In this document: piece after piece, positions 50,535 through 60,156 of the stretch
How positions within the stretch are numbered: position 1 is the stretch's first letter
How the letters are laid out: every line of letters begins with the position of its first letter
NCBI GenBank assembly: GCA_026418075.1
Contig: JAOACA010000002.1
Location: forward strand, 1-63,853
DNA from: Candidatus Bipolaricaulota bacterium
Lineage (GTDB): Bacteria > Bipolaricaulota > Bipolaricaulia > Bipolaricaulales > Bipolaricaulaceae
Length of the DNA stretch: 63,853 nt
Direction: 5' to 3'
Made by a program: the position numbers and the translations under genes
The notes under the pieces: model-generated
Told to the model about the DNA's origin: nothing
The model's database searches: none
Seen by the model: only the letters and a program-made list of their open reading frames with translations

Positions 50535-51412
50535 GCCCCCACGACCTCGAGCTCGAGGCGAAGTCGGACCCCGAACCGGCTCACCACCCGGTCCTGGACC
50601 AAGTCCACGAGCTCCAGGACGTCCCGGGCCCGGGCGTGGCCGAGGTTGCAGATGAAGTTGGCGTGGCGTTCGGAGACCACCGCGTCCCCGATCCGCGCCC
50701 CTTTCAGGCCCGCCTGGTCGATGAGCCAGCCCGCGGACTGCCCGGGGGGGTTGCGGAACACGCACCCGGCGGAGGGGAGGTCGAGGGGCTGGGTGCGGGC
50801 CCGCTCGGCGAGGAGGGGGGCGAGGTCGCCCCGGCGGTCGGGCCGCAGGGCTACGGAGAGGACCGGAAGCCGCAGCCGACGGAAGAGGGAGTCGCGGTAG
50901 GCGAACCCGCACTCCACGGGGGCGAAGGTGCGGACGCGGCCGTCGGGAAGGAGGGCCCGCACCCAGAGGACCTGTTCCCCGATCGAACCGTACCGGGTCC
51001 CGGCGTTCATCGTCACGGCCCCGCCCACGGTTCCGGGGATCCCGGCGAGCTTCCACCCTCCCCACCGGGCCACGCGGGAGAGCGGAACCCCGGCCCCCGC
51101 GACCAAAACCCCGTCTTCCTCCCTCCAGGAGCGGAGCTCGGCCGTGGACAGCACAAGGCCGGGGAAGCCCCGGTCGGGGACGAGGACCTTGGATCCCCCC
51201 CCGAGGAGGAGCCAGGGGAAGCCGTGGCTTCGGGCACGGACCACCGCCTCCACGAGGGCGTCCGCGGTGGGCGGGCGGTAGAGGGCGGCGGCCCGGCCCC
51301 CGATCCGGAACGTGGTGTGGGGGGCGAGGGGCTCCTCGGGGCACACCTCGCCGGGGAGGTCCCTCAGGACCCGAAGGAGAGCCCGTGCGCCATCTCCCGC
51401 GCGAGCTTCCAT
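50531..51412 (-). CDS. murB: UDP-N-acetylmuramate dehydrogenase
   Basis: HTTFRIGG, GIPGTVGGA..MNAG, FAYRDS, SAGCVFRNP, HANFI, LELE. Confidence 0.95.
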   Translation of the reverse strand: MEARAGDGARALLRVLRDLPGEVCPEEPLAPHTTFRIGGRAAALYRPPTADALVEAVVRARSHGFPWLLLGGGSKVLVPDRGFPGLVLSTAELRSWREEDGVLVAGAGVPLSRVARWGGWKLAGIPGTVGGAVTMNAGTRYGSIGEQVLWVRALLPDGRVRTFAPVECGFAYRDSLFRRLRLPVLSVALRPDRRGDLAPLLAERARTQPLDLPSAGCVFRNPPGQSAGWLIDQAGLKGARIGDAVVSERHANFICNLGHARARDVLELVDLVQDRVVSRFGVRLRLELEVVGA

Positions 51413-52713
51413 ATGTCTCCCGCCCCGAAACAGGCCACGATGTCCCCGGGCTGGATCCGCTCCGCGGCGGCGTCCATCGCCGCCTCGGGACTGTCCTGGT
51501 ACACGGCCCGTCCGCCCGCCGCCCGGACCGCGTCCGCCACGTCCCGGCCGCTCACCCCGGGGATCGGCCGCTCGAACGCCGCGTAGATGCGGGTCACCAC
51601 GACCTCGTCCGCCCGGGCGAGGACCCTGCCGAAGTCCCCGGCCAGGGCCTGGGTCCGCGTGTAGCGGTGGGGCTGGAACACGGCGACCACCCGCCGCTTG
51701 GGCCACCCCAGCCGCAGGGCCGCCAGGCCCGCCGCCACCTCGGTCGGATGGTGGGCGTAGTCGTCCACCACGAGGTACCCGTTCTCCTCCAGCACCTCGA
51801 GCCTCCTCCGGGGGCGGGCAGCGGTGGTGAGGGCAGGGGCGAGGTCGCGGAGGGGGATCCCAAGGAGGAAGCCGGCGGCGAGGGCCCCCAGGGCGTTGCG
51901 GACGTTGTGGGGGCCGGGGCCGGGGACCTCGAGGTCGGCCACCTTCCGCCCCCGGAACAGGAGCTCAAAACTCGCCCGGCCCCGGCTGTAGACCGCCCCT
52001 TGGGCCCGGAGGTCCGCCCCGGGGGAGAACCCGTAGGTGAGGGGAGGGCGCAGCCCGTGGGCCACCTCGCGGGCGCCGGGATCGTCGATGCACACCGCCA
52101 CGCCATCGGCGCGGGTGAGGAACCTCCGGAACGCCCGCTTCAGCCCGGGAAGGCCCCCGTAGGTCCCGAGGTGGTCCGTGTCCACCGAGGTGAGGACCGC
52201 GACCGTGGGGGAGAGGGCGAGGAACCGCCCGTCGGACTCGTCGACCTCGGCCACGAACGGCCCTGTTCCCAGACGGGCAGCGGGGAGGCCGGGGATCTCC
52301 CCCCCCACGTAGTAGCCCCCGGTGTCCGTGGTCCTGGTAACGAGCTGGGCGGCCCAGGCGGCGGTCGTTGTCTTCCCGTGGGTTCCCACCACCGCGACAA
52401 GCTCCCTCCCCCGAACGACTTCCCCGAGGGCGTGGAGGCGGGGGAGGAGGGGGATCCCCCGGGCGGCCCGGAGCTCGGGGTTCGTGGGGGGGACGGCGGA
52501 GGAGTAGATCACGGCCTGGGCCCTTTCGGGCACGTGATCGGCGTGGTGTCCGGCGTACACCTGGGCCCAGGGGGCGAGGGCCTCGCCCCGAACCCCGGCC
52601 CGGACGTCGGACCCCGACACGGTGGCCCCCCCCTCCCACAGGAGGCGGGCCAGGGTGGCCATCCCGTCGCCCCGGATTCCCACGAGGTGAACCCTTCCTG
52701 AAAACGCGTTCAT
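51364..52713 (-). CDS. murC: UDP-N-acetylmuramate--L-alanine ligase
   Basis: GSD, YSSAV, GTHGKTTT, EVDESDG, DDYAHHPTE, FQPHRYTRT, GAGD. Confidence 0.95.
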   Translation of the reverse strand: MNAFSGRVHLVGIRGDGMATLARLLWEGGATVSGSDVRAGVRGEALAPWAQVYAGHHADHVPERAQAVIYSSAVPPTNPELRAARGIPLLPRLHALGEVVRGRELVAVVGTHGKTTTAAWAAQLVTRTTDTGGYYVGGEIPGLPAARLGTGPFVAEVDESDGRFLALSPTVAVLTSVDTDHLGTYGGLPGLKRAFRRFLTRADGVAVCIDDPGAREVAHGLRPPLTYGFSPGADLRAQGAVYSRGRASFELLFRGRKVADLEVPGPGPHNVRNALGALAAGFLLGIPLRDLAPALTTAARPRRRLEVLEENGYLVVDDYAHHPTEVAAGLAALRLGWPKRRVVAVFQPHRYTRTQALAGDFGRVLARADEVVVTRIYAAFERPIPGVSGRDVADAVRAAGGRAVYQDSPEAAMDAAAERIQPGDIVACFGAGDIWKLAREMAHGLSFGS

Positions 52714-53783
52714 GAACGTCGCTCCTTTGCCAGTGCGCGGAGGGCCTCGGCGGCCCGGCGGGCGGCGTCGGGGCGGGCCGCCGCCCGGGCAGCGGCGGCC
52801 ATGGCCCGAAGCGTCCGCTCGTCGGTCCAGAGGCGGGTTACGGTGCTTCCCAATCGCTCGTGGGCCGCGGTCTCGGGGAGGACGAGCGCTCCCCCCGCTT
52901 GGGCCCACGCCCGGGCGTTTTCCTCCTGGTGTCCGTCCGCAGCCCCCGCCCAGGGGATGAGGACCGCCGGCCGGCCCGCGGCGGCAAGTTCCGCCGCGGT
53001 GGTCGCCCCGGCCCGGGCCACCACGAGCCGGGCTCGGGCCAGGGCATCCGAGAACGGATCCGCGTAGGGGACGACCTCCGCCCGGACCCCGGCCCGGGCC
53101 AGGGCCTGGGCCACGCCCTCCACCGGGGCCGCGCTTCCCACCACCAGACGGAGCTGGAGCCCCGGGGTCCGGGCGAGCTCCGGAGCGGCCCGGAGGACGG
53201 CGTCCACCAGGGCCCGCGCCCCCCGGGATCCCCCCACCACGAGGAGCTCGTCCCCGAGCTCCGGCGAAAGGAGGGCAATTTCCCGCCGCACGGGGTTCCC
53301 CGTGACGAGGGTCCGCGCCGCCCGGGGGACGCCCTGGGTCTGGGGGAAGGAGAGGAGGACGAGGCACCCCAGGCGGGCGAGGATGCGGTTCGCGAGGCCC
53401 ATCCGGGCGTTCTGCTCGTGGACCGCGCACGGGATCCCGAGGAGCCGGGCGGCGAGGAGGGGGGCGAGGGCAGCGTGGCCCCCGGTTCCCAGGACGGCGT
53501 CGGGCCGGAACCGGCGGAGGAGGGCAAGCGAGCGGACGAAGCGGGAGGCCGCCCCCACCAGGGTCCCCGGCCAGGTCCACGGCCGGCGGCGGTCCAGGCC
53601 CCGGGAGGGAAGGGCAACAAACTGGATCCCTGCACGGCTCCCGACCACCCGCGCCTCGATCCCGTGGGGCGTCCCGATCCAGGCCGCCTCCACAAGCTCC
53701 CCGCGAGCCCGGAGCTCGTCGAGGATGGCCAGGGCCGGGTAGACGTGCCCCCCGGTTCCGCCCGCGGCCACGACGAGCCTCAC
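52710..53783 (-). CDS. murG: Lipid II GlcNAc transferase MurG
   Basis: GGTGGHVYP, HEQN, GNPVR, GGSRGA, RAGATT, HQEENA. Confidence 0.96.
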   Translation of the reverse strand: MRLVVAAGGTGGHVYPALAILDELRARGELVEAAWIGTPHGIEARVVGSRAGIQFVALPSRGLDRRRPWTWPGTLVGAASRFVRSLALLRRFRPDAVLGTGGHAALAPLLAARLLGIPCAVHEQNARMGLANRILARLGCLVLLSFPQTQGVPRAARTLVTGNPVRREIALLSPELGDELLVVGGSRGARALVDAVLRAAPELARTPGLQLRLVVGSAAPVEGVAQALARAGVRAEVVPYADPFSDALARARLVVARAGATTAAELAAAGRPAVLIPWAGAADGHQEENARAWAQAGGALVLPETAAHERLGSTVTRLWTDERTLRAMAAAARAAARPDAARRAAEALRALAKERRS

Positions 53784-54913
53784 TCCCCCACCCCCGGAAC
53801 GAGGACGCCGACGGCCGAGCGGCGGGAGGCCCGGGCCACCCCGAGGAGGAGCCCGCCCAGCATCAGGCTCACCATGAGGGACGAGCCGCCGTAGCTCAGG
53901 AACGGGAGGGTAAGCCCGGTCACGGGAACCACCCCCACCGCCACCGCCAGGTTGAGCAAGGTCTGAAACCCAAGGAGGAACGACGCTCCGTAGGCGTAGA
54001 GGGCTCCCAACTTATCCGGGGCCTCTCGAGCCACCCGGAACCCAAAGACCACGAGGGCCCCAAGCAGGGCGATCACGCACAGGGCACCCACGAGCCCCGT
54101 CTCCTCGGCGATCACGGAGAACACGAAGTCGTTGTGGGCCGCGGGGAGGTAGAACAGCTTGGCCCGGGAGGCCCCGATTCCCCGCCCGAGAACTCCCCCC
54201 GACCCCACCGCCAAAAGCGACTGGAACGTCTGGTACCCGTAGGTATCCCGGTACGCCCCGGGGTTGAGGAACGCCACCAGCCGCTCCACCCGGTACCGGG
54301 CCAAGAAGAGCACGGCCACCCCGACGGGGACCGCCCCCAGGAGGGTGAGGAGGAGGTGGCGAACGGGGACCCCCCCCACCCACAGGAGGAAGAGCACCGT
54401 CGCCCCGTAGATGAGGAGCATCCCCGAGTCCGGCTGGAGGAGGAGGACGATCCCAAGCAGGCCCAGGACGAGGAGGTGGGGGAGCACCCCCTCCCGGTAG
54501 CTCCCCAGGCGATCGGTCCGCCGGACGAGGGAACCCGAGATGTAGAGGACCAGGGCCACCTTCCCCAGCTCCGAGGGCTGGAACGGGAACGGCCCGAGCC
54601 GGAGCCACCGCGACCCCTCGGCCAACGGGGGAACGAGGGTGAGGAGGAGGAGGACAAACGCCCCGCCGAGGAGGAGGTCGTCCACGCCCGCCCAGACGTG
54701 GTAGTCCACCCGCCACAGGACGACCAAGGCGGCCAACCCGAGAACTCCGCCGATGATCTGGCGCTTGAGCAGCGACGAGGCCTCTCCGGTCAGGCGCAGC
54801 GACAGGGGCGAGCTCGCCGAGTAGACGAACAAAAACCCCGCCAAGAGCAAGAAGGCGAGGACCACCACGAGTTTCCCCTCCGCGCTCCCCATGGCGAGGG
54901 TAGTGTGGCGCAC
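53780..54913 (-). CDS. ftsW: SEDS protein FtsW
   Basis: VYSASS, RWL..FQPSELGK, LQPD, GYQ, LP.AHNDF, GLTLPFLSYGGSS; start may instead be the ATG near 54892. Confidence 0.95.
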   Translation of the reverse strand: MRHTTLAMGSAEGKLVVVLAFLLLAGFLFVYSASSPLSLRLTGEASSLLKRQIIGGVLGLAALVVLWRVDYHVWAGVDDLLLGGAFVLLLLTLVPPLAEGSRWLRLGPFPFQPSELGKVALVLYISGSLVRRTDRLGSYREGVLPHLLVLGLLGIVLLLQPDSGMLLIYGATVLFLLWVGGVPVRHLLLTLLGAVPVGVAVLFLARYRVERLVAFLNPGAYRDTYGYQTFQSLLAVGSGGVLGRGIGASRAKLFYLPAAHNDFVFSVIAEETGLVGALCVIALLGALVVFGFRVAREAPDKLGALYAYGASFLLGFQTLLNLAVAVGVVPVTGLTLPFLSYGGSSLMVSLMLGGLLLGVARASRRSAVGVLVPGVGE

Positions 54914-55009
54914 ATGTCCTCTCCGCCAAAGGACCGGGGCGGTTCCTCCCCCGGCCCTCGTTCAGGGGGAGAGGTGTTTGCTGTCCTCCCAAAGGAGGAC
55001 AGCTGGAGT

Positions 55010-56293
55010 TCAGTGCCCCCGGGCGAGCTTCTGGAACGCCGCCTGGAACGCCTCCCCCCGGTGGGCGTAGTCCCGGAACTGGTCGAAGCTCGCGCAGGCC
55101 GGGGAGAGGAGGACCGTGTCCCCGGGCCGGGCGAGGCGGTACGCCCGGCGCAGGGCGTCGTCGGGATCGCCGGCAGGCTGGTACGGGACCCCTGTTGGAG
55201 CGAGGAGGGCGGCAAAGTAGTCCTGGGACTCGCCGATCAGGACGCACGCCCGGGCCTTGGCCCGGAGGAGGGGGAGGAGGTCCTCGTACCCGCCCCCCTT
55301 GTGCCGGCCGCCGAGGATGAGGACCACCGGACCCTCGATCGCCGCGAGGGCGGCGGCGGTGGCGTGGGCGTTCGTCCCTTTGGAGTCGTCCACGAACGGG
55401 ATCCCCCCGATCTCCCCGACGACCTCCATCCGGTGGGGCTGGCGGAGCGCGGGAGCCACCCGCTCATAGGGAGGCGGAGCGGCTTGGAGCTCAGGGAACG
55501 CGCATCCGGCGGCAGCCCACGCCGCCCGGAGGTCATCCCGAAGGTGGGGGACCAATCCCTCCCCCCAGCCCTCGGGAAGCTCGACTCCGCTGTAGTCCAC
55601 CGCTTGGGCTCGGGGGGAAAGGCGGGCGAGGAGGTCCGGGGGGAGGACGGCCCAGTCCTCCTCCGTCTGGCGGGCGAGGATCCTGGCCTTGGCGGCGAAG
55701 TAGGCGGCGAGGGTTCCGTGGTGGTCGAGGTGGTCGGGGGCGAAGTTGAGCCACACCGCCACCTGGGGCCGGAAGGCCTCCGTCCACTCCAGCTGGTAGG
55801 AGCTCACCTCGAGGACCCACGGCCGGCCCTGGACCTCGTCCACGGTGGAGACCGCCGGCCGGCCGATGTTCCCCGCCACCACGGGGTCCCGCCCCGCCGC
55901 CCGGAGGATCGCCCCCACAAGCTCCGTGGTCGTGGTCTTCCCGTTCGTGCCGGTCACGGCGACCAGAACCGCCGGCCTGGCCAGACGGAACGCGAGCTCG
56001 ATCTCCGCAAGGATGGGGATCCCGCGCCGTTGGGCCTCCTGGAGGAGAGGGGCGTGGGAGGGAACGCCGGGGCTCGGGACGAGGAGGTCGGCCTCCAGGG
56101 CCCGGTCCGTGTGCCCTCCCTCCTCCCAGGCCGCCCCGTGGGCGCGCAGAAACTCCCGCTCCTCCGGGGTGAGGGCTCGCCCCTCGGACACAAACAGCCG
56201 CGCTCCCCGGGGGGCGAGGGCCTCCACGAGGGCCCGGCCGGTCCGGGCCAGGCCGACGACCGTCACCCGCCGGAACGGCTCACCCTTGGGCAA
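55010..56293 (-). CDS. murD: UDP-MurNAc-L-Ala--D-glutamate ligase
   Basis: TTG start with GAGGAGG SD; GLARTG, SPGV, TGTNGKTTT, EVSSYQL, DHLD, DDSKGTN, LSPACASFDQF. Confidence 0.95.
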   Translation of the reverse strand: MPKGEPFRRVTVVGLARTGRALVEALAPRGARLFVSEGRALTPEEREFLRAHGAAWEEGGHTDRALEADLLVPSPGVPSHAPLLQEAQRRGIPILAEIELAFRLARPAVLVAVTGTNGKTTTTELVGAILRAAGRDPVVAGNIGRPAVSTVDEVQGRPWVLEVSSYQLEWTEAFRPQVAVWLNFAPDHLDHHGTLAAYFAAKARILARQTEEDWAVLPPDLLARLSPRAQAVDYSGVELPEGWGEGLVPHLRDDLRAAWAAAGCAFPELQAAPPPYERVAPALRQPHRMEVVGEIGGIPFVDDSKGTNAHATAAALAAIEGPVVLILGGRHKGGGYEDLLPLLRAKARACVLIGESQDYFAALLAPTGVPYQPAGDPDDALRRAYRLARPGDTVLLSPACASFDQFRDYAHRGEAFQAAFQKLARGH

Positions 56294-57191
56294 AGGCCTC
56301 CTCGATCCGGCGCTCGAGGACGACGCCCGGGGAGAAGTCCTCGACCTGGAGGTAGTGGGCGGCGGCGTGGAGGAGGGCCTCCCCGGGGACGAGGCCCACG
56401 AGCTCCGTCCCCACCACCGGGACCCCGTACCGGGCCGCCTCGAGCCGCACAAGCTCCAGAACCCGGGGAAGGGGGGTCTTCCGGAAGTTCGTCAGGTTCA
56501 TCGACACCTGGACGATCCCCCGCTCCTTGAGCTCAAGCCCAATCGCCTTCACGTACCGGAGCCCCCCCGAGGAGAAGCGGACCGCCTGGGCCACCGCCTT
56601 GGCCACCCGAAGATCGGAGGTCCCCAAGTTCACGTTGAACGCGATCAGGAACTCCCGGGCCCCGATCGCGGTGACCCCCGCGGTGGGGTGGACGGCCCGC
56701 TCCCCAAAGTCGGGGGCCCACTCCGGGCGGAGGATCTTCTCCGGGAACCCCTCGAACTCCCCCCGCCGGATCTCCGCGAGGTCCCGCCGCTCGGGGCGGC
56801 TCGCCGCCTCCTCGTAGAGGTAGACTGGGATCCGAAACCGCTCCCAAACCTCCTCCCCCACCCGGCGGGCCAGGGCCACGCAGTCGGCCATCGTCACCCC
56901 CCGGACGGGGACGAACGGGACCACGTCCACCGCCCCCATCCGGGGGTGCTCCCCCCGGTGGACCCGGAGGTCGATCCGGGGGACCGCTTCCCCGTAGAGG
57001 CGGAGGATCGCCTCCGCCACCCCGTCGGGGTCCCCGACGAGGGTGAACACGGTCCGGTGGTGGTCGGGGTCGGACTGGACGTCGAGGAGGCGGACCGTGG
57101 GGACGGCCCGCAGGGCGGCGGCCAGCGCCTCGATCGCCGCCCGGTCCCGGCCCTCCGAAACGTTGGGGACCGACTCGACGAGCCGCTCCAC
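56280..57191 (-). CDS. ftcD: Glutamate formimidoyltransferase
   Basis: ESVPNVSEGRD, D.DHHR.V, HPRMGAVDVVPF, GAR..LIAFNVNL, QVSMNL, ELVGL. Confidence 0.93.
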   Translation of the reverse strand: MERLVESVPNVSEGRDRAAIEALAAALRAVPTVRLLDVQSDPDHHRTVFTLVGDPDGVAEAILRLYGEAVPRIDLRVHRGEHPRMGAVDVVPFVPVRGVTMADCVALARRVGEEVWERFRIPVYLYEEAASRPERRDLAEIRRGEFEGFPEKILRPEWAPDFGERAVHPTAGVTAIGAREFLIAFNVNLGTSDLRVAKAVAQAVRFSSGGLRYVKAIGLELKERGIVQVSMNLTNFRKTPLPRVLELVRLEAARYGVPVVGTELVGLVPGEALLHAAAHYLQVEDFSPGVVLERRIEEAFAQG

Positions 57192-57198
57192 CCCTAGA

Positions 57199-57987
57199 TC
57201 ACCGCGACGGGAACAGGGCCCACAGCCGGCCCTCCACGTCCGTGGAGAGGTCGATGATCGTCGACTCCCGGCGGAACATGACGACATCCTTCGTCCGCAG
57301 GACGAGGTCGTACCCCTTCTCCTTCGCGATCTGCTGGGAGATCTCGAGGATCTTCACCGCGGCGACCTGGGTGAGGAGCTGATCGAGCTGCTGGAACGCG
57401 GCCTGGAGCTGCTGGAGCCGCTCGGCAAACCCCTGGGGGTCCAGGATGACCTTCTCGGCCTCCTTCACCGCCTTCTCCACCTCGTCGGAGAGGGGCTTGG
57501 CCTGGGTGCGGACGTTCTCGAGGTCGGACCGGAGGTTCAAGAACCCCGGGGAGGCGATCATCTTGTCGAGCATCGTGGTGTTCACCTTGAGGGCCCGCTG
57601 GATGTATTCGGCCTGGAGGCGGAGGTACCGCTGCTGGTAGACGTCTTGCTTCATCTTTCCCGCCGCGTAGTCGGCCTGGAGGGTCTGGATTTCCCGAGCT
57701 TTGGTCTCCATCGCCGCCCGCTCGGCCTGGACCTGGGGGAGGAAGACGCGGGTGAACAGGGTCTCCGCGTCCACAACCCCGATCCGGAGCCCGGCCCCGC
57801 CCGTGGTGACTCCCGCAAGACGCGTTTCGAGGTCCCGCTGCCCGGCCTCCACCTTGGCCACCCGCTCGGTGAGCTTCGCCACGTCCCCCGAGTTCCCCCC
57901 AGGGAGGACCCGGCTCCCCACAAAGCCGCCGGCGAACCCCAGGACCAGGGCCCCGATCACTGCTCCCACAATCCACTGTGCTTTCAT
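57199..57987 (-). CDS. skp: OmpH/Skp-family periplasmic chaperone (long form)
   Basis: IGVVD, long coiled coil, IAKEKGYDLVL, DLS.DV; directly follows bamA. Confidence 0.85.
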   Translation of the reverse strand: MKAQWIVGAVIGALVLGFAGGFVGSRVLPGGNSGDVAKLTERVAKVEAGQRDLETRLAGVTTGGAGLRIGVVDAETLFTRVFLPQVQAERAAMETKAREIQTLQADYAAGKMKQDVYQQRYLRLQAEYIQRALKVNTTMLDKMIASPGFLNLRSDLENVRTQAKPLSDEVEKAVKEAEKVILDPQGFAERLQQLQAAFQQLDQLLTQVAAVKILEISQQIAKEKGYDLVLRTKDVVMFRRESTIIDLSTDVEGRLWALFPSR

Positions 57988-58017
57988 CGGTCTCCTCCGT
58001 GATGGGTCAACTCTACC

Positions 58018-60156
58018 CTAGAACATCGGGCTCATCCCGAACTCGAACGCGGGAACCCAGGTGGGGTCCCGGTCGTTGGGCCAGGCGAGGGCGATCCGGA
58101 CGAACATCCCGGCCACGCTCGCCGCAAGTTCCACCCCGGCCGAGGCCTTCACCGTTCCGTCCCAGGTCGCCCCGAAGTCGGAAAAGAGGGCAATCCACGA
58201 CCCCTGGGCGATCTCGATCCGGTACTCGAGGTTGAACAGCCCGTACCGGTCGGTTTTTACCCCCTTGGCCCCCCGGACGGAGTCCACCCCACCCAAGGTG
58301 AACCGGTACCGCTCGGGGAGATCCCAGCCCCAGCGGGCGAGGGCCCGCCAGGCGAGGACCGCCCGGTGGTCCCCAAGGAGGAACGGGATGTCGGCCGGGA
58401 CAAACCGGGCCAGTTCCCCCTTCAGGGTGAGGTACTCCACCCCCGGGGCGAACGTCCCCGCCTTCTCCACGCCCGCCCGTCCCCGGCTGCCCGTGCGGGG
58501 GAAGAACGGACTGTCGCGGTCGTCGTACTCGATCCCCAGCTCGACCGCGGTCCGGGGGTCAAGGAGGTTCCAGTCCGGGAGCTCCCACGCCTGCTCGCTC
58601 GTGAGCCCCAAGGAGAGGTCGAGGTACGGGGCCAGGGGGTAGGCCACCGTCGCCCCTCCCCCCACGGTGACCGTCTTCGGATCCTCCCCGGACTCCCTCC
58701 GGTAGAGGTCGAGGCTCACCCGGTCGAACACGGGGAAGGAGTGGCTGGTGAACGACAGGCTCCAGGTGGTGCCCGAGCTCTTCACCAGCCCCTGGTCAAG
58801 GGACAGGGAGAGGTCGATCGCCCGGCCGAGGAGGTTCTTCTGGCTGTAGGTGAGCTGCCCGACGATGCCTCCCTCTTGGGGGGAGAACGCGAGGTTCCCG
58901 GTGATGCTCCCCAACTTCTCGAGGTCGGTGGCAGAGACGCGGAGGACAAGCTCGTCGGCGGCCCACTGGGGATCGAGGACGACGTCCTGGAAGTAGCCGA
59001 GGGCCATCAGGGCCTGGCGGGCGGCGGTGAACTTCCCCTCGGTGAGGAGCTCCCCGGGGTGGAGACCAAGCACCCGCCGGATCACCCAATCCGCGGTGCG
59101 GCTGCCCTCCGCCACCTCGATTCGGCCGATCCGCCCCTCCTTCACGAGCACCCGCAGCCGACCGCTTGCTGCTCCCTCCCCGACGAAGTCCACCATGAAC
59201 AGGCCCTCCCGGCGGTAGAGGTCGTACACCGGGGCCAGCGCCCGGAGGACGTCGTGGTTCGTGACCGAGCCTGGGGGAAGCGCCCCCACCCTGGCCTGGA
59301 CCCGCTCCGGCGGGAACGCCGTCACGCCCGAAAGTTCGATCCCCACCACGGGGGCGGGGGCAGGGAGGACCACCCGCTCGGTGAGGGTCCACACCAGCCA
59401 CACTCCCCCGTCCCCCAGCTCCGCCCCCACCCCGCCCGAGGCGAAGAACACGGACCGCCCCAGCGCCCCGAGGGACTTCTGGATCGCCGAGATCCTCCCG
59501 GGCTCCCCCACCGGGACCTCGACGAGCTTCCGCGCCTCCTCCTCGGGAATCGTGGCAAGCCCCCGGAACCGGTGCCCAACGACGGGGAGTTCCTCGACCC
59601 GGATCACGAGCTCCGCCCCCCGGAGGTCGGGGACGATCTGAACCGTGGCCAGGTCCGCCTTCCGGTACTCCTCCACGAGGGCCGCCACGGCCCCCTCGAG
59701 CTTGACCACGTTCAGAACCTCCCCCTTCTTGATCCCCTTGTCGGTCAGGATCTCCCGGAGCTTCGTCTCCCCGGGGCGGTAGCCTCCCCGGAGGGCCTCC
59801 CGGAACCAGGAGACGAGGGTTCCTTGCCCCTTGGGGGCCGGGGGCAGCCCTTCAAACGTGATCCGCTCGAGCTTGGGGTACTCGACGACCCGGAACCGGA
59901 GAACGACCTGGTCCCCTTCGAACGCGAGCTCGGCTTTCACCTGGACGAAGTACCCAAGCTTCCGGATCGCCTCCTCGGCGGCGAGGACCTGGGCCCGGGT
60001 GACGACCTGGCCGGCCTGGATTCCCGTGGCCCCCAGGATCTCCTTGGCCGGGACGTGGACGTTCCCCACGGCCTCGAGCCGGCCCACGGTGAACTCCTGG
60101 GCCAGGGTCCCCGTGGCCCCCAGGGCCACCACAACGAGAACTGCCAGAGTTTTCAC
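58018..60156 (-). CDS. bamA: Omp85/BamA outer-membrane assembly protein
   Basis: Signal peptide, several POTRA repeats (LGYF), NLLGR, YDDRDS.F.PRTG, LGG.DSVRG, C-terminal Phe. Confidence 0.9.
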   Translation of the reverse strand: MKTLAVLVVVALGATGTLAQEFTVGRLEAVGNVHVPAKEILGATGIQAGQVVTRAQVLAAEEAIRKLGYFVQVKAELAFEGDQVVLRFRVVEYPKLERITFEGLPPAPKGQGTLVSWFREALRGGYRPGETKLREILTDKGIKKGEVLNVVKLEGAVAALVEEYRKADLATVQIVPDLRGAELVIRVEELPVVGHRFRGLATIPEEEARKLVEVPVGEPGRISAIQKSLGALGRSVFFASGGVGAELGDGGVWLVWTLTERVVLPAPAPVVGIELSGVTAFPPERVQARVGALPPGSVTNHDVLRALAPVYDLYRREGLFMVDFVGEGAASGRLRVLVKEGRIGRIEVAEGSRTADWVIRRVLGLHPGELLTEGKFTAARQALMALGYFQDVVLDPQWAADELVLRVSATDLEKLGSITGNLAFSPQEGGIVGQLTYSQKNLLGRAIDLSLSLDQGLVKSSGTTWSLSFTSHSFPVFDRVSLDLYRRESGEDPKTVTVGGGATVAYPLAPYLDLSLGLTSEQAWELPDWNLLDPRTAVELGIEYDDRDSPFFPRTGSRGRAGVEKAGTFAPGVEYLTLKGELARFVPADIPFLLGDHRAVLAWRALARWGWDLPERYRFTLGGVDSVRGAKGVKTDRYGLFNLEYRIEIAQGSWIALFSDFGATWDGTVKASAGVELAASVAGMFVRIALAWPNDRDPTWVPAFEFGMSPMF

